Positions 51,306-64,000 of a stretch of DNA of 64,000 nt are shown one piece after another (the stretch's first letter is position 1; each line of letters starts with the position of its first letter). Location: assembly GCF_009914755.1 (NCBI RefSeq), contig NC_060926.1. One strand, given 5' to 3'. The DNA is from the human T2T-CHM13v2.0 reference genome, Homo sapiens. Made by a program: the position numbers and the translations under genes. The notes below the pieces were generated by a model that saw only the letters and a program-made list of their open reading frames with translations, did not search any database and was not told the origin of the DNA.

Positions 51306-52967
51306 ATTATTAAGTCATAGTGTTAGGTAATCATACAGTAATCAGTAGATGAGTTACTAAGAATCATTACAGTAATAGCTACAGATATGTGCAATGACCG
51401 ACTCCATAGTAATGACTTTTATGAGTAATTTATGGAAATTTGGGGTTATTTAGGTTAAAAACCAATATTATTATTACATAAAGGATTAAATATTAAGCCA
51501 AAACATTTTTGCAATTCTTTACTAAAGCCACTGATCACAGTCCTCTATTTTTGTAGTGCTTACTAGCTCTATGAACATTTATTAGCACTAAAAGTATTAA
51601 CACAGTGCAAATACCAATAGACCATAGCCATCATTTTATTAGTATTCAAGAGGTCCCTAACATTAAGAAACAATATAAAACTACAAGAAATTAGCTGAGT
51701 ACAATTTAAGTCAAATATATGAACCAAATGGCTACTGTGAAATTAGTTCAGAAATCAATATGTTAGAATATACAAGAGATTTAACCTCTGGAAATTTTAC
51801 TTTGGTTCTTAACTGTAAAAACAACTACTCTCTCAAAAATAGTTAGAAAACACCACAGTACCAGATTCAGTATCTTTTCTTCATCCTTCCTTGGATCTCT
51901 GTGATACAGGAACTGTCAATCTCTTCTAAGAGTATCTCTGATACCTTCCATAACACTATATTCTCCTATCTGCTTCCTCTCTGAAATCTTTCACTCATTT
52001 CCCAACAACTCCAACTTTTCCCCTTCCCTGAACTGACTCTAGACTTATTACCAAAACTTTAATGTCTTTTTGTTTGGTGCTTATATATCCTATTTCTTAG
52101 CCTAATTATTTCAAGTGTTTATTTTGCAACTAAATTTGAAACTTCCCAAGGTCAGGAACCAAGGATTCTGCTTCTGAATTTCTTACTAAATATATAGATT
52201 GATTATTTGGTGCACCGAAGTCACACAAATATTTATACTCTACGGATTGATTTATTATAAATAGGCAGCATTCATACAAATTGGTAAAACATTTCTGCAG
52301 ATGATTACATTTTTAACTCAATTTTAACCACCCTCAAAGAAACCTGAACAAAGGTATTGATCATCTATGTCACTACATCAGGAAGAAAAATATTTTCTTA
52401 GCAAACAAACATTTTCATTAGAGAACCTCCTACTGAAAATATTTGGTTCAGATGTGGTCTCTGCTTAAGCTGGTCTACATGCATGTTGTTAGTTATATAC
52501 CCATTGGTTCTCTTCACAGGAATCTATAGCTAATTGTATCTCTCATATTAGGTATCTAAGTAAGCCCACTTCTAATTCTTCTTTCTACTTGTAATGTCTA
52601 ACATGGTGCTTAGAATCCAGAGACCCAGAAAGCACTCAATAAATATTTGGCCGATGACTGTTTCATCGATTTTAAAATCAGCAGTGTATCTAAAGCTAAG
52701 GCAGAAAATCTAACAATTAGGATTGTCTCACTGAATGCTGAACAAGCATTATATTTTTCTCAAAAGTCATTTTTGGCTCTTGCACTGTCACACAGCCTGT
52801 GATTACATTTGTTTTCAACTCCAGATTCCAGCTACAATGTTGCTGCTTTTATTACAAGTAAATGTATTAGTTGAGTAAATTAAAAGTTGTGTGGTTCTAT
52901 CTTCCTCTTTATGCATATTCACTGAAAAAATTATTTAAAAAAATCTAAACTTCTAAAACATTAAATT

Positions 52968-53167
52968 GGCCAGGCACGGTGGCTCATGCCTGTAATCTCA
53001 GCACTTTGGAAGGCCGAGGCTGAGGTACGAGAATCACTTTAACCCAAGAGGCAGAGGTTGCTGAGATTGAACCACTGCACTCCAGCCTGGGTGGCAGAGC
53101 GGGACCCTGTCTCAAAAAATAATAATAATAATAATTAAATTAAAAATAAATAAATAATTGTTTTAAA
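52968..53167 (+). mobile_element. Monomer-length Alu (internally deleted) with (AAT)n tail
   Basis: Left-arm start joined at aggccgaggctgagg to right arm; TSD taaaacattaaatt. Confidence 0.88.
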
Positions 53168-54018
53168 TAAAACATTAAATTGTATTTTTTCCTCATTATT
53201 GCCTGCCACAGGTTTGGTCTCACTGAAGTCTCTAAGAACTCAGCACTGAACACAAATAATTTTCAGGTAACATAGAGTGTTGTTCTTGGTGACTAAAATT
53301 GCCATCCTCCCTTTTTTCTCCTCTCTGTAAGATACAATTGAGAGAGCCCTGAAATAGAAGCCAGAAAACTGAAGCTCTATACTTCTGTCCAACATCCTCT
53401 GCATCATTCATTCCTTGTAGATTCAGTGTCCTCATCTTTAATCTGAGGTTCTGAGAATGTATGCATAAAAGAAGTGGGAATGCTTCATGAATTGTATAAT
53501 ACTACTTATATGTAGTGTGATATTATTATTTGTAGAGGCAGAAGACACCAAAAATAAATGTCAACAGAGTATAGACCACTAGCCAACTCAGAAAACCCTG
53601 ACTTTGTCTCTAAGAAAGCCTTTCTATATCTTGGGCAATCTTTATCCCCCCTTTTTTTCTATCTTCAACATCTTCCTCTTTATGGAGCTTTTTTCTGAAG
53701 CCTATAAACAGCCTACTCTGCCATCTGAAAATAAAATAAAACAAAAATCCTCACTGGACTCTACATCCTGTTCTGACTAGGGTCCTATAGCTCTTCTTCC
53801 CTTTACAATTCAGCTTTTTAATGCACAGAGAAGGAAAAATAAAGGTCTACACCTGCTGTCTTTCCTACTACTGAAGACTGAGTTTATAATTAATCAATCA
53901 ATAAATTGCCAAAAAAATCAAAACTCTAATAATAATGTCTTCCTACCTTCCATTCTATGCTCTAAGACATTAAAGTAGTTGTAGTTTTCTGCAAAACAAT
54001 GCTAATTAATATTCCTGA

Positions 54019-54352
<334 letters not shown>

Positions 54353-54899
54353 TGTACTTTTTTTTTATCTAGATGCCATCCTCTTGTCCTTCCTCTTGTG
54401 TCATTTCTGCTAGTTACTATACATCTATCCTTTATGTTTTGGATACATCTGCAAGAAACCAACCCATGCTCTCAAGGGTGGGCTGGATACTCCTCTTATG
54501 CCATTCTTTCTCACTGTATTTATTACACAGCATTATAGTTATTTGTTAATGTATCTATTCCTCTCATTATGTATTCCTTAAATACAAGATAATATGTCAA
54601 TCATCTTTGTGTCCCTATACTCTGACTCAAGTCACTATAAATAAAACAAGTAAAATATAAATTTAACTTTGTTTCCATTTAATTACAGTGCTTTGATGTA
54701 CATATTTTTATAAGGCTTTGGACCAAAGATGCTAAATATAGCTAAATTATGCATAAGAGCTGGTTCCATGTTTTTAAGCTCAATGCTATGTATATAAAAA
54801 CTTAGGCAAGGTTGTGCAATGTAATTAGACAGCAATCTAACAACAGAGAAAAAGCACTTAATTTTGAAACATGAAGAAAATATATTTTGCTTGAAATAT

Positions 54900-55555
54900 C
54901 AGTCACAAACTTTTATTGAGTTTCTACTATATGCATAGCACTGGAGCTGGATCTGACTTTCTGGGTTTGAGAGATGGTCTTTACCCTCAAGGAGCATATG
55001 ATATAACTAAAAAATCAATGACATTTACAATAAATGTTATTTAGAAAACAGTGGGCAATAAATAAAAGGATTTATTGTGTGCTAAATGTGTTAAAGAAAG
55101 AGGAAGTGCTACCTTTTAGAGAAAAGAGAAAAAATATGTCTATGATGTTCAAAAAGGTTTCAAAGAGGATGCACATCAGACTTGATGGCGGACTTGAAAG
55201 ATTTGGATGTGAAGGGGAGGAAAAAATAAGGGATAAGGAAAATAACAGAGTTCATGTAGCGGAATGACTTCTCAGGTGTGCCCTCCAGGGGAGGCCTTCC
55301 CTGAGCTCCCATCCCAGTCCTCCACCTCTCAGGCAGTATGTGGGAGGGAAGTCTTCTGTTATTCCCCTGATTCTTTGTCTGCCTCTGCCACAGCACAGAC
55401 CACAAAGTATTATCCTTGTTTTATTTGTCTCATTCCCACTAGACGATTAACTTCTTGGGAGTAAGAATTAAATATTTGTTTCTGTATCAATCAATAAAGA
55501 ACCTGATAAAGAGCAGGTACTCAGCACATGTTTACCAAATTAATGAATAAATGAA
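54900..55555. mobile_element. L2 fragments (both orientations)
   Basis: tttattgagtttctactatatgc...accctcaaggagc (-); ggaggccttccctga...gcaggtactcagcacatg...aatgaataaatga (+). Confidence 0.55.
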
Positions 55556-57039
55556 GGTAAATGCCTCATAACTTGCATGGTGGGGGATATACTCCTCTGT
55601 AGAGAAAAGCAAGTTGAAATCTCCATCATTTGAGACCAGAGCATCATTTTGTTTAATAAAACGTTGAATTTGTCAGAATCATCCAAAGCAAATTCTAATG
55701 TTACTGATAACACTTTAATAATGACTTCTGAAGATAGAATGGGATTTAAATCCCCCAAAGTAGTAAATTATTAGCAAGTGCTTTACGATGACCAAAGTAT
55801 ACCTCATTTATTGAGGAGTACATTAAGCTAGAATCTAACAGTTTTCTCCTACTGGAATCCCTGATTTAAACATACATGTGAGTATTTGTGGGTATACTGG
55901 AATTTCTAAAATATTATCAGATTTTTAATCTGAATGTTTCATGCACTTGAATTCCACACACACACTACTTGTAAAGATGTAAAAAAGAGGCTTGTTTTCT
56001 GCCCAGAATCCCTGGGAGAGGAATTCTAGCAGGACTTGAGAAGATAAATGTTTGCAGGACTCAGTCAGTACTAGTGAAGGAGGGAAATGGGGGAACAAAC
56101 ACAAAAATGGAGTCCCATTTTCCCAGAAGATAAAGGAGGGCAAGCAGCATATTCCAAAAAAATTCTGTGCTCAAGGAATATCAATGGAATAAATCAAATT
56201 TTCTAAATATTCATAGTAAACACTTATGTATCTCCCAACAAACATGATTGCCAAGAAAAATAAGAAGTCAAGAAGAGGCAAAAAATAAGGAATCAAGAAC
56301 AAATATGATCTACTCCTCAGGTAAAAGCCCACAACCATTTAATAATAATAATAATAATTCACCTTCTCTCTCGCCCCATTATTCTGCTCCTTCTCCACCT
56401 GTCCCATTGTTCTCCTTCTTTTCCTCATTATTATTCTTATTCTTATTCTGAATGAAATAGCAGTTTGGTATGTTCAAGGATTGTTGGAAAAAATAAGCAT
56501 TGCAAAGATGAATCCGCCAGCATCAGGGCAAGAAGGCACGCTGCTAAACTCTGACATCCCTTCTCACCAAAAACATTTAGAGAACACTGAGTCTGTGGCT
56601 AAACAGCATAACACAACACATGATGCATTTACATATTTTCTCTCTAATTGGAAAATTCAGTTAATATGAAAAATTTGATATCAGATTATTTTGAATTTTT
56701 TTTACAATCATCTTTTATAACAGCATCTAGGAACTTTATTGTAGAGTCACTCACTGAAAAGCAGATCAATTTACAAGTTATAAATTGGGAGCTGTGCTCC
56801 TTAAATAAACCATATTTAGGGACATAACTACAAATCTGAATTGATCTAAACTTCAAATGCAAACTCACAAGTACAGAAATGTATTACCATAGAGATTATG
56901 TGTGATGCTTCGAGTTACCAAAATGTGTAGGTGAGACTTTCCACTGTATTACAGCACAAATATGACTTAAGTGAAGTACCTTTATCTAAATATTCTATAG
57001 TCACAGGCTTTCAAAGCAGACAGTAGCTCTGGGTAATGT

Positions 57040-57160
57040 ATCACAGGTTTTGCAACAGAAGTAACTGAGGTCCAGAGAATTTAAGTCACTTCCACAAAAT
57101 CACCAAGTTAGTCCATGACAGAGCTGCAATTATGATGCAGATTTCCTGTGTCCTGGTCCA
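57040..57160 (-). mobile_element. MIR fragment
   Basis: aactgaggtccagagaatttaagtcacttcc...atcaccaagttagt...gacagagctg. Confidence 0.6.
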
Positions 57161-58819
57161 GTTTTAATTTAGAAGCTTTTCTTTCAAATTATTTCAACAA
57201 TTCATTCATGAAAGTAACAGCCTGTTTAGTCAAGGCCCTCATATCTTTAACTGCATGTTTCTCTCTACACAAGTAGAGAGTCTTAAAATACCAGAATGTA
57301 GACAGGCCTGAGGGATGATAGGACTTTTTTCTAAACGTTTGGCTCAGATGCCTGTGGATATTTGTCACCAGTTTAAACTTCTAGCTCTCAGTCACCTTCT
57401 GACCCAGAGAAAAGGGATACCATGCTACAAACAGGCTTTTAGCGTTTAACTTTGAATTTGAGACAAGCTTCCTGATGCGAGATGAATAAAGAAAAAGTAA
57501 TAATAATAGTGATTCAGGCTTCTGCCAGGAAGCTACATTTCACTTGTAGAGAGACTACAGTCCAGTTATAGCAGAAAAATCACATTTTGTTTTTCTATCT
57601 GTTCTGTTTTTCCTCAAGTCAAAGCCTCTATTCTTATTTTTTTTTTTACTATTTAATTCCTATTCTGGGTCTTTGGGAGATGTTCTAGATAGTTATATAA
57701 GCAGTCTATTTTATTTTGCTAAATAAAAGATTTAAATATGATTTTGAAAAAATACAACTTTACCTTCTTTTATTTCTATGGAGAGTCTTATATTCCTTTT
57801 GATTATTATTATTGTTGTTTACTTCAGAGAAGAATTTTATTTTGCATTTAGCTAACTGTTCATTACAGTAAAAGCATGCTAAATAATAACACCTTTATGT
57901 AATATAATATATGCTTATGTAATAGGGTTTTACAGCTGACTAAGAATTTCTACAGAAATTATGAACTCTTTCTTTTGAACCAATAAGGTAGAAAAATATA
58001 AAGTATTATCTCTGTTTTGTAAATGAGAAAATTAAGACCCCAACACATCATGTTTATAAAGAATTTATAAGGAAAGAGAGCTTTATTGCAGTCATCTGAC
58101 ACAGGGCCAGTTGCTATCTGGACTCTATCCACGTTGAGTTAGTAGAAGTTGAGCAAGCTCAAACAGCTGCTTTCTCTTCATTGACTGCTCAGGCAAGGTG
58201 CATGCCATCCCTCACAAAAATACTGCCCCAGGGCTCAAATAAGTCTGTCTTGACATCAGTAAAATATCATTAAAATAAACAGATGTTTCATATCTTAAGC
58301 ATATTTCCACTTTTCTCAAACAACTCTACCAAAGGCAAATGTGCAAACAATTGCCAAAAACTTTATATTAGAAAGAAAGAATTAAATTAAATGTGTATAT
58401 GTACCACTTAATTTGCCAAATGCATTCTAATACCAAAGGATAATTTTTGGGGGTTTTGCTGGTTTGCTTTTCCTGAAATGCTTTGTAAATAATCAAGAGC
58501 TAAGCACAAACCTGCCCAAAGGGAAAAACATGAGATAAGTAAAAATAATTATAAATATAAATACATAGTAAATGAAAATTTACTATTGTCATTTCAAATC
58601 TCCCAGTTATAGTTTTTCCTCTTCCACTCCCTCCCCAATTTTGTCCCAGGTGCCTAGGATTCACTGCTCCCTTATCCTTCCTCCTATCAAACCTAGTAAC
58701 TGGGAATAATCTGATAAAAATTGTTTTAGTTATTGGAGGAAAAGTCTGTAATGAGCCAATCAGGGAATCCATTCTAAAAGTACTAATAACATCCACATTT
58801 CTTCAGTGCCCATTAAGGC

Positions 58820-58960
58820 CATGCATTTTAATTTAACTCCTCAATATGCAGATGAGGAGAGGAAACTGAATCTTAAAGAAGATCAGGAACTTGTTCAAGG
58901 TCACAAGGTTAGCAAACGGCAAAGTCTGGACCCAAAGATGTGAATCCAAAGACCCTTCTT
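58820..58960 (-). mobile_element. MIR fragment
   Basis: gcagatgaggagaggaaactga...aacttgttcaaggtcacaaggttag. Confidence 0.6.
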
Positions 58961-60915
58961 TTGTTAACTGTGTATTGAAAGTAAATGGAAAAGAAGTGCT
59001 AACTGTAAAAAGCTCTATATGTAGAAAAATGGTAACAGGAACTCTTGGGAAGCTCCCAAAATAACAATTTAAAACAAAAACTCATTGCTGAGTCAGTGTC
59101 CTACTCCTACTGCCTGTAGGCCTAGTTGACGGAATATGTGCTTTTAGCCGAAAGAATATAGTATTGTGACACAGTTTATTTATTTATCTATTTATTTATT
59201 CTAAAATGACTATGTTTAAAAAATAGGGTAAAAAATAGAAGAGTCAAAGAACATATGTTGAGAGATGTCATCTACTTTTCCAAATTTTTTGAAATTCACT
59301 AAATAAATCCCCCAAGACATCACTTAGATATGGTCATACTAAATTAGCATGGAGCCTTACATTTTAGGCATTTCAATGATGCTATGTGAGCCACCTGTCC
59401 ATTGGTATCACTTATATACTCTTGGAGAGCCCTTCTTCCCAGGCTCTTGCTGCTCTCCATACCCTCTCTCCTGTCTTCCACATCCTGCAGTCTCCATAGA
59501 GGCATAAGGTTCTACCCAGGTGTGACTTGAAACTTGCTTTTGAAGAGAAGAAAGACAGGTTGAATTTTTTTTTTTTTAAATCACCTAAGACAGGAAAGGG
59601 ACATTACGGGCAGAGAACTACCTATTCTGAAATTATTCCAGTGAAATTGTCATCTTGGAAAGCATCTCCCTGAAATTCAGCTGGCCAAGTTAGGTCACTT
59701 TGGGCATATACCATGGGGCAATTTTAGGGTTCTATCCTGAAGAAACTCAAAATCCCTCTTCAGAAACAGTAGGAATCTGGCTGGCAAATTTCCATTTTGA
59801 TTATAACCAGACAGCTTTCAGTTTCTATTAGAAAAGACTTGAAGTAATTTTAACATTTGGATTGTGGAACCCTCCGTGGGCAAGTAGAGTGTCTATGACA
59901 GCTGAATTTTATTCGTCTGTAGTGTGAGCCACGGAGTCCATCTGGGATACTGGGGCTTTTACCCAGAGCCAGTATGTCAGTTGATTCTCGTGGCGAGAAA
60001 ATATTGAGAAAAAGATCTTAAAAGGCAAATTACCATATAACAAGCTTGTATGACAAGAGCATAATATCATTAAATCTGTGTCCTAGGACGCTAACTATAG
60101 GGCATCTGGACTATATTAGCTCCCCATGAGGCTCGGAAAGAAAAGAATGCCAAACAGGTAAATTGTGATAAGAGGTCAGGCTGGAAGGAAAAGTCTGAAA
60201 TTTGAAAGAAAATCTGGGAAAAAGACATCCAGATGGAGCTTAGTGCAAAACACTGGAAAGGCAAGGATGGCCTCCCAATCCTGAAAAATGCCTTTCCTTC
60301 AGACAGAAAGGTGAATGAAAGCATATTTCCCTTAAAAACTAAAAATAAGCCAGGTATTCAAAATTTTTTTCTTAGAACTGGACCTGCTCTTACTCCTAGG
60401 ACTTTAGCAAATGTTGCACCCAAGGAAAGTCAAGAGGCACAAGGTAGCTCAGGTGAGCGGGACACTTGGCAACTTTACAAGATGTATTTATATGCTGAAT
60501 ATACTAAAACTTACCAATTCTATTTTATTATGTCATCCTTCCTATGCCCCAACACAAACACCCACAGTGAAACTTAGAGCCTATTCACTGATTTATCTTT
60601 ATAGAACTAATTCTAATTCAATTTGTTGTCATCCTTTACATAACAGAATACACTCCCCCACTCCATTTTTTAAAACAAACAAACAAAAATGATTCTAAGT
60701 ACTGTATAAGGAAATATTTCTAGGCTAATGAGAACTCCATTGGTTTATAAACCTATGAGTTGTGTCTAAGCAAAATTCAGTTCAGCTACACTATGCTTAA
60801 GAGAGAACAACAAAAGCCACAAATAAAAAACTTGCCTAATCTCATCAACAATTATCAAAACTTAAGGAAAAATAGGGAAGGATTGAAGAAAGAAGTGATT
60901 TTTTTTTTTTTTTTT

Positions 60916-61054
60916 TAGTCCTGGGAGCTGCTTTGTAAATCCCTGTGCAGTGAAGCAATGCCTCTCATTCCAAATGCAACCCAGAGCAATGCAGAGTGGA
61001 AAACAGGTTTCCAGTTTTTAATAGAGACTTCTATGACTATCATAGTTTCACAAA
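60916..61054 (+). repeat. 139-bp direct repeat, copy A (preceded by T18 at 60899-60916)
   Basis: Matches 62315-62453 at 137 of 139 positions by manual alignment. Confidence 0.93.
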
Positions 61055-61178
61055 ATAACACCTAGAAGGGCATAACACTGTAGCATCTTAAAGGCTTGAA
61101 CACCAGCTCCCTGATAGAATTTGCAGTTGCTCTTCATTCATCAGCCTCAAGTCTCTTTTTTCCCAGTACAAACTCCTA

Positions 61179-61471
<293 letters not shown>

Positions 61472-62314
61472 TTTTTTTTTTTTTTTTTTAATTCTTACAA
61501 CAGAATCTCTCGCTTAACATGGAATGGTCAGTGCCCTCTGTCCTCTCAAAGCAAATATAGCCCTTTTTGCTGAAACCTCAGAAGTTTTATGTTTGTAGCC
61601 AAAGATCAGAAAACTAGGAACTTTGCAGTTAATCTTTCCATGGTAGTCAGTTAACCTCACTGTCCAATCCACTTCACCAAAAATTCTGGCTGAAACTTCA
61701 TCACAACATGAAAACCATAGTGCCCTGAATTAAACTGTAACTTTCCATTTATTTAATATAAAAATCTGAGAACGAAAGAATGAGAAAAAAAAAGCTTTAA
61801 AATACTTCCAAACTAGCATAAATGAATCTGAGAGGTTCTTCTACCTCAAGAGCAAATAAGCCTATTACTATGAAAGCTAAATGAAAATATTAAATCTCTA
61901 TAAATAAATTGTATTTGCTATGGGAACCATCCATATTTTCAGAATTCCATAATAAAAAAAATTTAAAGTTGATGACCACAGAACAACCATATTGAATATC
62001 AAAAATTTAATTAAAGAATTTCATAGCTACAAATTATCTGGTAAAATTCCACCTGCATCTCTCCTTCCAAGTTAAACCCATCATTTTTTATTATGAATTT
62101 GAAAACCTACAAAGAAAGAACAGTGCAGCAAAGTAAGGAAAGTGTGAGTATGAAAAATGTGCCAATATCCCACACCAGTTTCTGCTTTCTGGAGTCAATT
62201 TCATAAAAATCTCCTGGGAGTGAAGGGAGTGAGGTAAATTAACAGCTTTTGGAAAGTGAAGAGACTTGCTACAGAGTCTGGGAAAAGATGGTCACCCCTA
62301 CTACTGTATCCGAA

Positions 62315-62453
62315 TAGTCCTGGGAGCTGCTTTGTAAATCCCTGTGCAGTGAAGCAATGCCTCTCATTCCAAATGCAACTCAGAGCAATGCAGAGTGGAA
62401 AACAGGTTTCCAGTTTTTAATAGAGACTTCTATGATTATCATAGTTTCACAAA
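62315..62453 (+). repeat. 139-bp direct repeat, copy B
   Basis: Matches 60916-61054 at 137 of 139 positions. Confidence 0.93.
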
Positions 62454-62956
62454 CTAAACTCTGAAGCAGACAGGGATGGTAGACAGGCATGAGGTGGCAC
62501 TGGGGCATGGAGTGGATCATGCTTGGCTTGCTCACACACTGGGAACCAGCACAAAGTAAATGTATGTGGGGCTGCGAAACAGGGGAGGGGCAGTGATGCT
62601 TCAGATCATGGGGCCATTAGAAACTCTCCATTGGGAAATGCCTTTTGTTTTTCTTTCTTTCTTTTTTTGTATTAGTAAACCTACAAAAGGAAATAATACA
62701 ATATGGCCTTTTTATTTGAACAGTAAAAATTTTAAATGGGTTTTAAAAGCTTATTAACACACAGATAAAATCACTGATATATTACCAAAATGATCATAGT
62801 AGAATAAAATATAAAAATTGCATTTTAAAATTTTTATGCTAGGCTTAATCTCTCTGAGAGCAAAAGTTGTTTCTTTATTTCTCTGTAATATCTAACATCT
62901 TGGTTCTCATAATCACCCAATAAGCATTTATTATCTCTATTATTATTAAATAATAA

Positions 62957-63251
62957 TTTTTTTGAGACGGATTTTTGCTCTTGTTGCCCAGGCTGGAGCG
63001 CAATGGCGCGATCTCAGCTCACTGCAACCTCGCCTCCCGGGTTCAAGCAATTCTCCTGCCTCAGCTTCCCGAGTAGCTGGGAGCTGGGATTACAGGCATG
63101 TGCCACCATGCCCAGCTAATTTTGTATTTTTAGCAGAGATGGGTTTTCACCATGTTGGTCAGGCTGTTCTCAAACTCCTGACCTCAGGTGATCTACCCAG
63201 CTCGGCCTCTGAAAGTGCTGGGATTACAGGCGTGAGCCACCACACCTGGCC
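62957..63251 (-). mobile_element. AluSq/Sp-like
   Basis: gagacggatttttgctcttgttgcccagg...cacacctggcc; internal 7-bp duplication agctgggagctggg; TSD t(a/g)ttattattaaata(a/g)taat. Confidence 0.95.
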
Positions 63252-63289
63252 TGTTATTATTAAATAGTAATCTAATAATAATCATCTGC

Positions 63290-63500
63290 CATATTAATGA
63301 GTTCCTATTATTAGTTGGGAGTCACTGCTATCATGTAGGTGTTAGATAGATAGATAGTATTCATCATAATTATTTGAAGTATCATTCCAATTTGATAGAT
63401 GAAGAAACTGTAACACAGAGAAATAAAAAAAATTGCCCGAGAATATGGAAATACAATTTCCAAAACCTAAATTTGAATTCGGATCACTCATACTTGAGTG
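63290..63500 (-). mobile_element. MIR
   Basis: tatcattccaatttgatagatgaagaaactg...aaatttgaattcgg. Confidence 0.5.
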
Positions 63501-64000
63501 AACGAATTGTGGAAAAAATTTTTCTAGATTTTCACAAATAGTACTCAATTGGCATTTATGCATGGGTGGATCTAAAATATAAAATGACTTCATGACATAG
63601 TCCCTATCTCCCAGGAAACTTATTCTTGGTTAGCACAAACACACTTGCAACATAAGGACCATCCCTTGAAAGGAAAGGGGATATTTATTGCAGATAAGAA
63701 TCTCTTAGTTTCTTAGAGGATATAAGATTTGAAGCAGAACTTGGAGGAAAACATCAATAGGCAGAGGGAAGATAAAAAGAGAAGCACTGAAGTACCTAAA
63801 TCGCAAAAGTTAGATGTGGGAACAGTAAAAAGTTAGATCTGAAGTGAGAAAGGATGCTGCATGGTGTGCTGCAATCAGTAGTGTTAAGGACAATAATGGA
63901 AATCATAGTATTTGTTTAGATACAGTGGAGGAGAACATGAGCAGTCTTGCAAGGCAGCTGGATACTCTTGGCACTCTTAGGTAAAAAAAAAAGTCACACA

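Overview
Primate (most likely human) genomic DNA lying inside the type V collagen alpha-2 gene COL5A2, which runs on the minus strand. The only coding sequence is one 225-bp internal exon (exon 2, 3432-3656) encoding the cysteine-rich von Willebrand factor type C (VWC) domain of the N-propeptide. Positions 3657-64000 are part of the very long intron 1 and 1-3431 are the start of intron 2; neither neighbouring exon was found in the window. The rest is AT-rich intron filled with Alu, L1, L2, MIR, MLT1 LTR, Tigger2a/MER28, MER3 and MER5 relics. The other ORFs in the track are Alu-derived or chance ORFs. I found no new multi-gene system. The most unusual structures are: (i) a 139-bp near-perfect non-repeat duplication 1.4 kb apart, where one copy carries a poly(A)-like tail in the COL5A2 sense orientation and both differences read A>G in that orientation; (ii) a cluster of nested perfect palindromes at 50.3-50.4 kb; (iii) a tandem duplication of a CTCF-like motif; (iv) a closely spaced inverted Alu pair; and (v) a perfect TACTAAC branch point and a NAGNAG acceptor at exon 2. 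Repeat subfamily calls and boundaries were made by eye and are approximate.
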